Shown here piece after piece: positions 1 through 12,004 of a stretch of 64,000 bases of DNA. Source of the stretch: Mobula hypostoma (lineage: Eukaryota). The stretch is taken from the NCBI RefSeq assembly GCF_963921235.1, contig NC_086098.1:2046001-2110000 (forward strand). The letters are read 5' to 3'. The translations under genes and the position numbers were made by a program. The notes beneath the pieces were generated by a model that worked only from the letters and a program-made list of their open reading frames with translations, had not been told where the DNA came from and searched no databases. Numbering within the stretch: position 1 is the stretch's first letter; each line of letters opens with the position of its first letter.

Positions 1-200
1 GGTGAGCTCAAATGGCCAGGAAGGTGGTTCTATAATGCTCCGTGGAGAGCGAAGGACAGAGTCATCATCATCCACTGCCAAGCAAGACCCCAGTTGTGAT
101 ACTTGTTCATACAACTGGGCCTGGACCTCCAGGGATGAGAGAGTGGAATGTTTTTTTTCACCTCAATATCTCTCCCGAACAGGTCTCCTGTCATTGTTAG
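1..200 (+). mobile_element. Unclassified interspersed repeat, possibly RTE 5'-UTR-derived; same family as 52710-53030
   Basis: Shares blocks with 52820-53025 (AATGGCCAG(G/A)AAGGTG, AAGACCC..TTGTGA, ACAGGTCTCCTGTCATTGT). Family assignment is inference. Confidence 0.4.
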
Positions 201-204
201 ATGT

Positions 205-345
205 GACTGACAGCCAACATTTTCATCAGGAGTGTAGAGAGAGTACAGAGGTGGGCTAAGCACATATCCTTAAGGTGCGCCTGTTGATTGTCACTGAGGA
301 GGAGATGTTATCACTGATTCAAACTGACTGGTCTCCCAATGAGTA
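205..345 (-). mobile_element. Rex1/Babar LINE RT fragment
   Basis: Minus frame reads LSPPLYSLYT, matching the [16 protein letters not shown] motif in the larger copies at 37044-37238 and 55800-56252. Confidence 0.7.
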
Positions 346-819
346 AGAAATAAACACAAGGATGAGTCAGAGACAAGTATGACCCAGAGTCAATCTCAGA
401 CGTGAAACTCCAGTAACACTGTAATACGACAGACAACAATACAATTAAAGGTAATATTAAAAGCTATAGGCTTGTTCAGTACTACAGAATATCAATAGTC
501 CTTAATAGCTGTCACTAAATTCTAATTACAGCCATCTGCCAATCCCAGAGGAAGCAACTCTAATTATCAGGAGCAGACTGTGCTTCAGTCCAAACTCACT
601 GGTTTTTTAAAGCCTCTGTTGTCAGTTTTCAGCTGAAAAAATGGGCCAACAGGAAACGCTCAAGCATAACAGCATCAACAAGGAGAGTCAGGTTGACTTC
701 TGGGCACGCCTGGCGCACTTGATACGTAGGTGTATTATTTCAGACATTAGCTCACTTTAACTACATATAATCAATCTATATTTAGTTATTTATTGATTTA
801 TATGGTTTTTGAAGGTTGT

Positions 820-1347
820 TATAGGCAGGGGTGGTAATGGGGATGAGCTCCCACTACCTACTGAATACTCCCAATGGCGTGTGTCTCAAATAACCTCTGA
901 CAACCGAGTCCAACTCCTGGCTTTCACGTGCGGCTTAGCTACTAAGCCCAGCGGAACTGTTTCTACTGACAGAAGAAGGGGCAAAAGTGGGTTCCTGGTG
1001 CCTTAAAATCAGTCATATTGGGCAGATGGGGCTTGTCAGCCATGGTTGGCAGCTAAGCTAGGAGAAGGGAAACCCTGATCTCAAACCTCTGCTACCTTCG
1101 GGGAAGGCTTCAGGAGTAAACCCTGAGGGAATGATCCAGTGCTGGAGTCCCTAAGGCAGTCCTACATTGATTTCAAAGCTGACTGGCAACTCCTGCGATG
1201 CTGCTGGGACCAAACTGTATCGGTCTCTGCTGTTGCTTTGGGTTCATCAGATGTGGGAAGCTTGCTCTGCATATTGTACTGCCCAGGCTTGCCTATCTCG
1301 GTAGCTAGGACGCAATATCCACCGTCAACTCTGACTGACGGAGGCCT
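820..1347 (+). mobile_element. Non-autonomous RTE-derived element (5' UTR-like body joined to an RTE 3' end)
   Basis: 3' end GACGCAATATCCACCGTCAACTCTGACTGACGGAGG resembles the RTE LINE end at ~31827-31862 (GGCGCAGTACCCACGGTCGACCACGACCGACGGAGG). No RT ORF. Confidence 0.6.
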
Positions 1348-1619
1348 GTGCCATGATATATATACACTGCATATAAGCCGTCTTATGCATTTACTGTATT
1401 TTTATATTTTTTATTATTGAGTTCTTTATCTTATTGTGCTTTTATTGTGCTGCATCAGATCTACAGTAACAATTATTTTGTTCTCCTTTATATTTTATAC
1501 ACTGGAGATAACATTAAACAATTCAAGATTTCAGTTTCAAAATTGTTTAATGTCATTTGCAGTACACAAGTGTAAAGGAGAATGAAATTATTGTTACTTT
1601 AGATTTGATGCAGCACAAA

Positions 1620-2613
1620 ACTGGCTTGCCCACAGACGGTGACCAGTGGAGTGCCTCAGGGATCTGCTCTGGGACCCCTTCTCTTTGTAATGTTTATAAA
1701 GGACCTGGATGAGGAAGTGGAGGGATGAGTTAGTAAATTTGCTGATGACACAAAGGTTGGGGGTGTTGTGGATAGTGTGGAGGGCTGTCAGAGGTTACAA
1801 TGGGATATTGATAGGATGCAAAACAGGACTGAGAAGTGGCAGATGGAGTTCAACCCAGATAAGTGTGAGGTGGTTAATTTTGGTAGGTCAAATATGATGG
1901 CAAAATATAGTATTAATGGCAAGACTCTCGGCAGTGTGGAGGATCTTGGGCTCCAAGTCCATAGGACATCAAAGCTGCTACGCAGGTTGACTCTCTGATT
2001 AAGAAGGCATACGGTGCATTGGCCTTCATCAACAGTGGGATTGGGTATCAGAGCCGAGAGGTAATATTACAGCTTTATAGGATCCTGGTCAGACCCCACT
2101 TGGAGTACTGTGCTCAGTTCTGGTCGCCTCACTACAGGAAGGATGTTGAAAGTATAGAAAGGGTGCAGAGGAGATTTACAAGGATGTTGCCTGGATTGAG
2201 GAGCATGCCTTACGAGAATAGCTTGAGTGAACTTGGCCTTTTCTCCTTGGAACAATGGAGGATGGGAGGTGACCTGATAGAGGTGTATAAGATGATGAGA
2301 GGCACTGATCGCGTGGATAGTCAGAGGATTTTTCCCAGGGCTGACATGAAGGGACGCAGTTTTAAGGTGATTGGAAGTAAGTACAGAGGAGACGTCAGGG
2401 GTTGGTGCGTGGAATAGGATGCCGACGATGGTGGTGGAGGCGGATAGGATAGGGTCTTTTAAGAGACACTTGGATAGGTACGTGAAGCTAGGAAAAATAG
2501 AGGGCTATGGGTAACTCTAGGTAATTTCTAAAGTAAGTACATGTTTGGCACAGCATTGTGGGCCAAAGGGCCTGTATTGTGCTATAGGTTTTCTATATTT
2601 CTTCTACGTTTCT
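1620..2613 (+). mobile_element. CR1 LINE, 5'-truncated RT relic
   Basis: SGVPQGS..GP, KFADDTK, WQMEFNPDKCEV and RPHLEYCAQFWSP motifs; TTCTA(T)-type 3' tail. Confidence 0.9.
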
Positions 2614-2639
2614 AAAAAAACACGATAAGATAGGGACCC

Positions 2640-2960
2640 CAATAAGATAAAGAACAGAATATTTTTTTTAAAACCACAATAAATATAAATACTTAAGATA
2701 GGTTATTATCATGGATTGATTGTATGTTCATAAAGTGTTGCTCGGCACAGGAATGTCTGTACATAAAGTGACTCCGACTGGAAATGATGAAGTAGTGGTG
2801 GCTGGGTTAGAGGTGGAGGTGTAGATCAGTCTTACTGTTTGGGGAAAGTGGCTGTTTTTGAGTCTGGTGGTCCTGGCGTGGAAGCTACGTTGTCTCATCC
2901 CGGACAAAAAGTCCATGAGCAGGGTGGGTGCCATTCTTCATGATGTTACTGGCCCTTTTC
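2640..2960 (-). mobile_element. Rex1 3' end relic
   Basis: Minus ORF RSFHARTTRLKNSHFPQTVRL is the C-terminus of the Rex1 ORF. Confidence 0.7.
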
Positions 2961-3459
2961 TGTATCCTAATCTTGATATTGACCTCGATTAACTTATTAG
3001 AGACTGCTCCCAAAATATTCAGGGGCAGAACAATATTTTTAAGACATTATTTTAACTCTAAAGATTTTGTTTTACTGAGGTAATACAAAATGTGTTATTC
3101 CATCACATTCTACATCAGGCACGTGAACATGATTAACCTGCTTGAGTTCCCATAGGACAAGTGACCGATTTGTCTGGGGAGGTAGTAAGGTAATTTCCCT
3201 GAGGTAAGGAAGGAATGTTAAACAGCTCATCAACTACTCCCTTATCCAGCAGAACTCTGGCAACATCCATTGGACTGGAGAAGGATGAGCTGGTTAGGTG
3301 GGGATAGACAGAGAGAGAGGCACTTCTTGTTACTCTCTACAATCCATACTATTTAGTTGATTAAATTAGAATCCACTTCATTGTATAAAAAATAGATTAA
3401 ATGAATGTAATCCAAATGCTTAAACTAATTAATGAGTTTAAATTCTCGCCTGGTGAATG

Positions 3460-3730
3460 TACGTTGTAAAGGGCCAACAATATCATGAAGAACCCCATGC
3501 ACTCTGCTCACAGACTGTTCATTCCACTCCCATAAAGAAGGAGTCTACGTAGCATCTACATCAGGACCACCAGACTCAAAAAGGGTCACTTTCCCCAAGC
3601 AGTAAGTCTGATCAACACCTCCACCCACTAACCCACCCCCTAGAACCCCAACCACCAATACCATTTCCTGTCAATCTTATGCCTAGTGTCACTTTACGAA
3701 CATGCAATCAATCTATGTACATAAGCTATC
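3460..3730 (+). mobile_element. Rex1 3' end relic
   Basis: GGACCACCAGACTCAAAA..CTTTCCCCAAGCAGTAAG block, homologous to 2760-2900 and 14040-14150. Confidence 0.65.
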
Positions 3731-4020
3731 TTAAAGACCACCAGACCATAAGACATAGCATCATAATTAGGCCATTCGGCCCATTTATTCTACTCCACTA
3801 TTTGATCATAGCTGATCCACTTTCTCCGTCACACTTGTGTAATAAAAATGACATTAAACAATCCTGGTCTTGAATGAAAACAGAACAAATAGATGAATTT
3901 CAATGCCTGTAAAACTTACATCAATTAATCAGTTGTTTGTTTCTGTTTTTAATGTGTTATATTGGTCAATTCTTGCATGGGGAATATATGTCATCATAGG
4001 GACAGTGTACTGAGAATGTT

Positions 4021-4599
4021 AAACACAAAAGATGTTGGAAATGCAGAGCAACACACACAAAATGCTAGAGGAACTCAGCTCAGGCAGCATTTAGATTCCC
4101 TCCCCTCTCACCCCCACTTGGCTTCACCTAACACCTTCTAGCTTGTGCTACTTCTGCCCCCCACCTTCTTATACTCAACATTCAAAAAGTTCAAAGTAAA
4201 CTTATTATCAAAGTATTTATATGCCACCATATACAACCCTGAGATTCATTGCGGGTGTTCACAGTAAATACAGAGAAACACAACAGAATCAGTGAAAGAC
4301 CACACACAGCAAAGACAGACGAACAACCAATGTGCAGAAGATAACAAACTGCAAATACAAAATAGTTAGACAGACAGACAGACAGACAGATAAGCAAGGA
4401 ATCAATATTAAGAACATGAGATGAAGAGTTCTTGAAAATGAGTCGATAGGTTGTGGGAGCAATTCGATGTTGTTCTGGCTTCTTCCCCATTCATTTTCAG
4501 CTTTGATGAAGGGTCTCGGCTTGAAACGTCCACTATTTATTCTTCTCCATGGATGCTGCCTGACCTGTTAAGTTGCTCCAGCATTTTGTGTGTGTTACT
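4021..4599. mobile_element. Penelope-like terminal-repeat relic with inverted arms and a decayed hammerhead (4499-4534), interrupted by a Rex-type tail (~4190-4470)
   Basis: Left arm ACACACAAAATGCTAGAGGAACTCAGC is the reverse complement of the right arm CTCCAGCATTTTGTGTGTG. TTGATGAAGGGTCTCGGCTTGAAACGTC is present. Confidence 0.7.
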
Positions 4600-4879
4600 C
4601 ATAATACAGACATTACTTTTGAATGCTGAAACCTGAAACCCTTGGCGCTGACATTCAAAGCTGCTGGCAACATATGGATTTTATGAACCAAAAAAAGACA
4701 CTTCTGAAGCAAAACTGTTCAGTGACTTAATGTGTCAGGAACAGACTGATCAAATCGTTCCCTGTGTTTTAGTTGTTTTTAATGGATTTTTACCAGACTC
4801 ATTAATGTAACATTCTACACCCATTATATCATTGTACTATGGCTCAAAAATACTCTGTTCTCTCTGGTAAATGGGAAGA

Positions 4880-5312
4880 GTACAGAAGAGGTTTAACAGG
4901 ATGCTGCCTGGATTAGAGGGCATGTGCTATAATGAGAGGTTGCGGAAAATTGCGTTGTTCTCATTGGAGGCTGAGGAGAGATCTGAGAGGGGTTTACAAG
5001 ATTATGAGATGCATAGATAAAGTAGACAGAATATCTTTTTCTCAGGGTTGAAATGTCTAACACCAGAGGACATTCATTGAAGGTGAGAGGGGGTAATTTC
5101 AAAGGAGATGTGAGTGGCAAATGTTATACACAGAGAGTGTTGGGTGCACAGAATTTGCTGCCTGGGGTGGGGGTACTTTAAGAGATGTTTAGATAGCCCC
5201 GTGAATGTGAGCAAAATGGAAGAATTTTGCGATTGTGTAGGTAGAAGACATTAGTTTAGTTGGCCATTTGATTACTAATTTATTTGGATTCTGTGCTGTA
5301 CTGTTCTATGTT
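4880..5312 (+). mobile_element. CR1 LINE 3' relic
   Basis: RVQKRFNRMLPGL-like coding and a GTGCTGTACTGTTCTATGTTC tail. Confidence 0.8.
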
Positions 5313-5689
5313 CAAAATAAGAGAGTTATAGACCTGGAGATAGCATTGGAAAATGCTGGCCAAGCAAAGACATGCAAACATTTCATCCTGTGGGCTGCTC
5401 CTTCAGGGGGCATGGACCAAGGACTACCAGTCAGCAAAAATTAGATAAACAACCGGAAACAATTGGTATGCTTCAGCGACCGTCTTCCAAGCAACTTTGA
5501 CCTTTGGCTTGACCTGTGAATGACACCACAAGACTGGTAGCTGACCAGCCACCAAACTGGTCATGAAGAACAATGCGGCCATGCCTCACAGTACTACCTC
5601 CTGCTAGCAGAGTTGCAATCATATTCTGCTCAATGTAGTTCTTACATGTTACAATAAATGAATATTTAAACAAAAGTTGAAGTTCTTGG

Positions 5690-6350
5690 GGCATAATTTT
5701 AAGGTGATTGGAGGAAAGTATAGCGGTAGGTTTTTCTACATAGAGAGTGTTGGGTGAATGGAATGTCCTGGCAGGGGTGGAGTTAGAGGCAAATACATGA
5801 GGAGGGAAAAACTCGGCAATACATCGTGGGCCAAGGGGCCTGTACTGTGCTGTAATGTTCTACATTCTAAATGTTCTATGTGGAGAACATAAACTTTGGA
5901 AAGGATGTGGAGGCTTTGGAGAGGGTGCAGAGGATGTTCATCTGAATGTTACCTGGATTTGAGGTATTTGTAAAGAAAGTTTGGACAAACTTGGATTGTC
6001 TTAACTGGAGGCAGAGGGGAAACAGATTGGAGAATATAAAATTATGAGAGGTATTTGAAACTCTTATGAAAGGAAAGGAAAGATATATCAATTATTCAAG
6101 TCTTTTGAGCATAAAGCACAGAACCCTACAAGCACAGTACCTTTAGCCCACAATGTTGTGGCAACACTTTAACCTACTCTAAAATCAATCTAACCTTTCC
6201 TTTCTACATAACCCTCCAGTTTTCTTTGTGGTATCTAAGAGATTCTTAATTACCCCTAGTGCGCCTGCCTCCGCCACCACCCCAGACAGAACATTTCACA
6301 CACCCACCACTCTCTGTGTAAAATACTTACCTCTGATATTGCCCTACACT
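5690..6350. mobile_element. Cluster of CR1 3' relics (5690-6060 plus, 6110-6350 minus)
   Basis: GGGCCAAGGGGCCTGTACTGTGCTGTAATGTTCTA tail; KDVEALERVQRMF coding; reverse-complement tail CCCACAATGTTGTG. Confidence 0.7.
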
Positions 6351-6981
6351 TATTTAATTTTTTGTATTGTCATTGTAGCATGTTTAGGTATTGCACTGTA
6401 CTGGTGAGTAGGTTAACTGGTCATTGTAAATCATTTCATGATTAGGCTGGGGTTAAATCGGTGATTGCTGGAAAGCACGGCTCAAGGGCCTATTCTGTGC
6501 TGTATCTCTAAATAAAGTAAACAAAAATGTTGTTATAGTGCATGTGTGGAGTGTGCCATATTACAATGGCTCTCCCTCAGTTCCATCTGACGGCACTGGT
6601 ACAAATTCCCTGCCCTTGACCCCACTCATTGTCTAAAACAATAATTTGTTACACTCCGAGCTTTAGTTTCTAGCTCCATGTGTCACTGGGACTAAATATT
6701 TCTAGACTTGAGAATATATTTTAATGACATGTCCTCACTGGCTGAGGTTTCTGCCTTGAATGGGTCAGGGGAGGTTGTGGAGTACAAGAGTGAATAGAGA
6801 GCACTGATGCAATTTAAAATCAAATGAGGAGATTTTGAATATGTCAGCCAAACACTTGTAGGGAGAGAACAGCAGCTCAAAGGAAACACCAAGGACATAT
6901 TTAAAGTGACCTTGATATTCATACAGCACTCAAAATTAAAGCTCGCAATTCTTATTAAATAACACTTTGCAAATCTCTGGT

Positions 6982-7152
6982 TTTAAACTCATCACTACCA
7001 TTGAAAACATTTAAACTCATCACTACCATTGAACACGTTTAAACTCATCACTACCATTGAAAACGTTTAAACTCCTCACTACCATTGAAAACATTTAAAC
7101 TCATCACTACCATTGAACGCATTTGAACTCTTCACTAACATTAAATACATTT
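6982..7152 (+). repeat. 28-bp tandem array, ~6 units
   Basis: Unit TTTAAACTCATCACTACCATTGAAAACA repeated directly. Confidence 0.9.
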
Positions 7153-7212
7153 ACAAACAGTACTGTCATCAAGAGCATCCCCCCCCCTTCTCTCTGCTGC
7201 CATTGGACAGGA

Positions 7213-7545
7213 AGTTCAGGAGCCCTGGACCCCTCCCCACCGGGTTCAGGAGCCTCGGACCCTCCCCACGGGTGGGAGACTTGGACCCCTCCCACCGGGT
7301 TCGGGAGCATCAGACCCTCCCCACCAGGTTCAGGAGACAGGCCCCTCCCCACCGGGTTCGGGAGCCTCAGACCCCCCCCCCACCGGGTTCAGGAGCCTCG
7401 GACCCTCCCCAGCAGGTTCAGAAGCCCTGGACCCCCCCCCCCCACCGGGTTCAGGAGCCTCGGACCCTCCCCAACAGGTTCAGGAGCCCTGGACCCCCCC
7501 CCCTCACCGGGTTCAGGAGCCTCGGACCCTCCCCACCAGGTTCAG
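7213..7545 (+). repeat. GC-rich ~30-bp minisatellite, ~11 units
   Basis: Unit ~GTTCAGGAGCCTCGGACCCTCCCCACCGG with a variable C-run. Confidence 0.9.
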
Positions 7546-8259
7546 AGACAGTCATTACTGCTCAACCATCGGACTCCTGCTAAATTAGAGCAGATAATTT
7601 CACTCACATCAATGCTAAACAGATTTCACAACCTGCTTTTTCATAGACTCACTTTCAAACACTCCAGAACTCATAGTCTTAGTATTATTTGTTTACTTCT
7701 GTTTTTATTTATACAATTTGTCTTCTTTGGCACATTGGTTGTTTGTCAGTCTTCAGTTTATATATAGTTTTTCATAAGTTCTATTGTATTTCTTTATTTT
7801 CTTATGAATGCCTTCAAAAATGAATTTCAGAGTACTATATAATGACAAATGCATACTTTGATAATAAATTTACTTTGAATTTGAAACTATTCGGTGACAC
7901 ATCCATTGGTATCTGAGCAACAATATTAATTTTCCTTTACACTTGGGACTGAAAAATGTCAATAAACAATCTAGATATTTAAAGGTGGTAAAATTCCACC
8001 TTCCCCGGAACATCCTGGTGCAATTCCTTCATTACGCTGTCTTCATTAAGAGATTCCTCATTGCAGCCACGCTGACTGGCTTGGTGAGGCATCCTCTCTC
8101 AACATACAAAACTCAGATCAGCAGAAAAGGTCATTTGCCAGAGACTACTCCACATTTCTCCAGCCAGTCAACACCATCTACGTCTTGATACAGCACTCTT
8201 CCCCTGTCAGCTTCATGACCTGAGTCCAACTGAAATTTATAACAATTAGCCCACAAACA

Positions 8260-8725
8260 AAGTTCAAAGTAAAGTCCAACTACAATAGTCCAAAGTTCCT
8301 CGCAATTGAGAAATGAGTGTGCTTGGCTATGCAGTACCTCAGGTTTTACCAGCTTGAGCCGAGATAATAAGAAGGAAAATAATAAGACTAAAAGAAATAA
8401 CACTGAGAACATGAGCTTTTGAAAGTGAGTTCGTAGGTTGTCAAATCAGTTCAGAGTTGATGTGAGTGGTTATTTACATTGGTTCAGGAGCCTGATTGTC
8501 AAAGGATAATAACTATTCCTGAACCTGGTGGTGTGGGACCTAAGGCTCCTGTACCTCCTTCTTGATGGCAGCAGTGAGAGGAGGGCATGCTATGGATGGT
8601 GGGGGATGTTGACAATGGATGCTGCTTTCCTGTGGCAGCCTCCATGTAAATGTGCTCAATAGCGGGGAGGTTTTACCTCCGTTGGACTGAGCTGTGTCCA
8701 CCCCTTCTTGCAGGCTATCTTGCAT
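8260..8725 (-). mobile_element. Rex1 3' end relic
   Basis: CCTGAACCTGGTGGTGTGGGACCTAAGGCTCCTGTACCTCC is the reverse of the RRYRSLRSHTTRFR C-terminus. Confidence 0.75.
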
Positions 8726-8752
8726 TCATTTGGCCTGCCTTTTGCCATCTAT

Positions 8753-8926
8753 CCTGGGCTCTACGTATCGATGTAGTTACAAAGAAGGCACACCTGTGGC
8801 TCTACGTGTTGATGTAATCATGAAGACACACCTGTGGTCCTATGTATCGATGTAATAACGAAGAAGACACACCTGTGGTCCTACGTGTTGATGTAATCAT
8901 GAAGAAGACACACCTGTGGGTCTACG
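8753..8926 (+). repeat. 38-41 bp tandem array (4.3 units, ABAB variants) inside a Rex1 relic that continues to ~9310
   Basis: Units start CCTG(T)GG at 8753, 8793, 8831, 8872 and 8913, followed by CLRRFGLSP coding. Confidence 0.85.
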
Positions 8927-9319
8927 CCAATAGGTGTTTGAGAAGATTTGGTTTGTCACCAATGATTCTTACAAATTGCACTAGCCTCCCCACCATCGAG
9001 GAGAGGATATCTTCTGAAGGCAGTGCATCGAGAAGATGGCATCCATCTTTAAGGACCCTCACCACTTAAGGCATGCCCTCTTCTCATTGAATAACTATTA
9101 TTGGGGATGAGGTACAGAAGCTCAAAGACCCACAGTCAATGAGTCAGGAACAGCTTCTTCTTTTCTGACATCAAATTTCTGAATGGTCTATGAACACCAC
9201 GTCGTTATTTGCCTTTTGAATTATTTGTTTACTTTTGCCATTTATAGTTGCAAAAATAATGGTACAGAACATCAAATTTTATGATATTTGTCAATGATAA
9301 TAAAGCTGATTCAAATTAG

Positions 9320-9880
9320 AGTCATAGAACATTACAGTACAGAATCAGGCCCTTGGCCCATCTAATCCATACTAAGCCATTAATCACCCTTGTCCCATTG
9401 ACTTGCACCAGGATGATAGCTCTCCATAACCCTGCTATCCAAGCACCTATCCAAATTTCTCTTAAACGTTGAAATTGAGCTCGCATGCACCACTTGTGCT
9501 GGCAGCTCATTTCACACTCTCACCACCATCTGAGTGAAGAAGTTTCCCCTCATGTTCCCCTTAAACTTTTCACCTTTCACCCTTAACCCGTGACCTTTGT
9601 AGTCCCACCCAGCCTCGGTGGAAAAAGCCTGCTTGAATTTATCCTGCCTATACCCCTCATAATTTTGTATAGCTCTATCAAATCTCCCATTAACCTTCTA
9701 GGTTCTAGTGAATAAAGTACTAACCTATTCAACCTTTCCCTACAGCTCAGGTCCTCAAGTCCCAGCAACATCTGTGTGAACTTTCTCCGCAGTCTTTCCA
9801 TCTTTATTGACATCATAAAGTATAAAGTATCTTTCCTATAGGTAGGTGACCAGAACTGCACACAATACTTCATTCTTGAC
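9320..9880 (-). mobile_element. CR1 LINE 3' relic
   Basis: Minus ORF YCVQFWSPTYRKD...LYSLEPRRLMGDLIE. Confidence 0.85.
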
Positions 9881-10209
9881 TTTCTGGATTTTGGATTCTT
9901 GTCCAGTAAGTAAAAGGTAGCAGAAGATTTGATGAGAGGATCTGGATGGTGTGAGCAGACCCAATCTCTCCACATTGCTCTCCCCTGATGGTTAGGACTT
10001 AAAATGTCCTCTCCTGGCAACAGGTCTATGCATGGTTGGATGTGGGCAAAGCTGTTTCCAAAAAGTCAAACATACTAATGGTTTCAGAGTGGTCTGGACA
10101 TGTTCCAACGCTGTAAACCCAAAATTTCAAATGAGTTTGAAATAGCTTGGAAATAGAGTTTTCATTAGAACATAGAACGTAACAGCACAGAACATTGCGT
10201 CAGCCATTT

Positions 10210-10428
10210 AGAAACATAGAAAATAGGTGCAGGAGTAGGCCATTCGGCCCTTCGAGCCTGCACCACCATTCAGTATGATCATGGCTGATCATCCAACTCA
10301 GAACCCTGTACCAGCCTTCCCTCCATACCCCCTGATCCCTTTAGCCACAAGGGCCATATCTAACTCCCTCTTAAATATAGCCAATGTACTGGCCTCAACT
10401 GTTTCCTGTGGCAGAGAATTCCACAGAT
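10210..10428 (-). mobile_element. Young CR1 3' fragment, near-identical inverted copy of ~10988-11200
   Basis: Direct reverse-complement match, apart from a short CCTGTA-containing indel and a few substitutions. Confidence 0.85.
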
Positions 10429-10486
10429 ATTTAATGTACTTTAAGATCAATCTAATCCTTCCTTCCTACATAACCCTCCAATTCTT

Positions 10487-11215
10487 GCAACGAGACCTGG
10501 GTGTCATTATACACCAGTCATTGAAAGTGGGCATGCAGGTACAGCAGGCGGTGAAAAAGGCGAACGGTATGCTGGCATTTATAGCGAGAGGATTCGAGTA
10601 CAGGAGCAGGGAGGTACTACTGCAGTTGTACAAGGCCTTGGTGAGACCACACCTGGAGTATTGTGTGCAGTTTTGGTCCCCTAATCTGAGGAAAGACATC
10701 CTTGCCATAGAGGGAGTACAAAGAAGGTTCACCAGATTGATTCCTGGGATGGCAGGTCTTTCATATGAAGAAAGACTGGATGAACTGGGCTTGTACTCGT
10801 TGGAATTTAGAAGATTGAGGGGGGATCTGATTGAAACGTATAAGATCCTAAAGGGATTGGACAGGCTAGATGCAGGAAGATTGTTCCCGATGTTGGGGAG
10901 GTCTAGAACGAGGGGTCACAGTTTGAGGATAGAGGGGAAGCCTTTTAGGACCGAGGTTAGGAAAAACTTCTTCACACAGAGAGTGGTGAATCTGTGGAAT
11001 TCTCTGCCACAGCAAACTGTTGAGGCCAGTTCATTAGCTATGTTTAAAAGGAAGTTAGATATGGCCCTTGTGGCTACAGGGGTCAGGGGGTATGGAGGGA
11101 AGGCTGGGTTCTGAGTTGGATGATCAGCCATGATCATAATAAATGGCGGTGCAGGCTCGAAGGGCCGAATGGCCTACTCCTGCACCTATTTTCTATGTTT
11201 CTATGTTTCTATGTT
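10487..11215 (+). mobile_element. Young 5'-truncated CR1 LINE; RT C-terminus open to the stop at 11114
   Basis: Uninterrupted QRDLGV..RPHLEYCVQFWSP..FFTQRVVNLWNSLP frame and a (TTTCTATG)n tail. It sits inside an older minus-strand CR1 tail (~10167-11460). Confidence 0.92.
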
Positions 11216-12004
11216 TCTATTCTCTATCATGCATGTGACTTTCTAAGAGTTTTTTAAATGTCACTAATGTACCAGGCTTTGCAACCACCCCTAGCAGGGC
11301 ATTCCATGCACATACCATTCTCTGTGTACAAAACTTACCTCTGACATCCTCCCTACACTTCCCTCCAATCACCTTAAAATTATGCTCCCTCATATTAGTC
11401 ATCTCCACTCTGGAAAAAGATCTCTGGCTATCCACTCAATATATGGCTCTTATTCTGCACCGGATATTTACTCCATCCATGGTTAATTGTACGTGAATTC
11501 CTCTGTCCTGTGGTGGTGACGAGGTCCTACCCTCTATAAACTGCAGAATTTAATATCTTAGTTTAAACAGCCAATTTGAGGTCACTGTCAAGTACAAAGT
11601 GTGTTGCACTGACGTTCACTCGAACCACATGTGAAGCACCCTGAGATTTCAAAACTGACATTAGCAGATTAAACTGAGTTAGGAGCGGCATGGCAGTTAC
11701 AGGAATCCCATTTAGTAAGGACCCTGTCAAATAGAAAATATTATAATTGTATTAGCTGCATCATTCAGCTCTAATTTGAACTGCATGTTAATTTTTGCAT
11801 TTTAATTATGCCGTCATATTGATAAATTAACACACTGCATTGCTTGCATCTTGAAGTCTGTGATTCCTGGGGTGATGACTTCCTGACCTTGTCTGAAATA
11901 GACTGAAGGGAAAATCTCAGCCTGAGTTGCCCTTTCCTGCTTTGCTGCACCCCCTACAGGCCATCTGTATCAGAGAGTGGTAATGGTCACAGACAATTGC
12001 CCGA

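Noticed and set aside
5330..5620. Possible Vingi/ingi-like LINE C-terminal relic (..DRLPSNFDL..)
   Set aside because: Too decayed to support without a profile search.
6982..7152. CRISPR-like 28-bp repeats (also the 38-41 bp array at 8753)
   Set aside because: Head-to-tail tandem units with no unique spacers, no cas genes and a vertebrate context.
7113..7767. Proline-rich ORFs of 156 and 214 aa
   Set aside because: They are translations of the 30-bp minisatellite, open in several frames because the unit lacks stops.
10275..11114. 279-aa ORF as a domesticated RT gene
   Set aside because: Chance read-through from an inverted CR1 tail into a truncated CR1 RT C-terminus; it lacks the catalytic FADD region.
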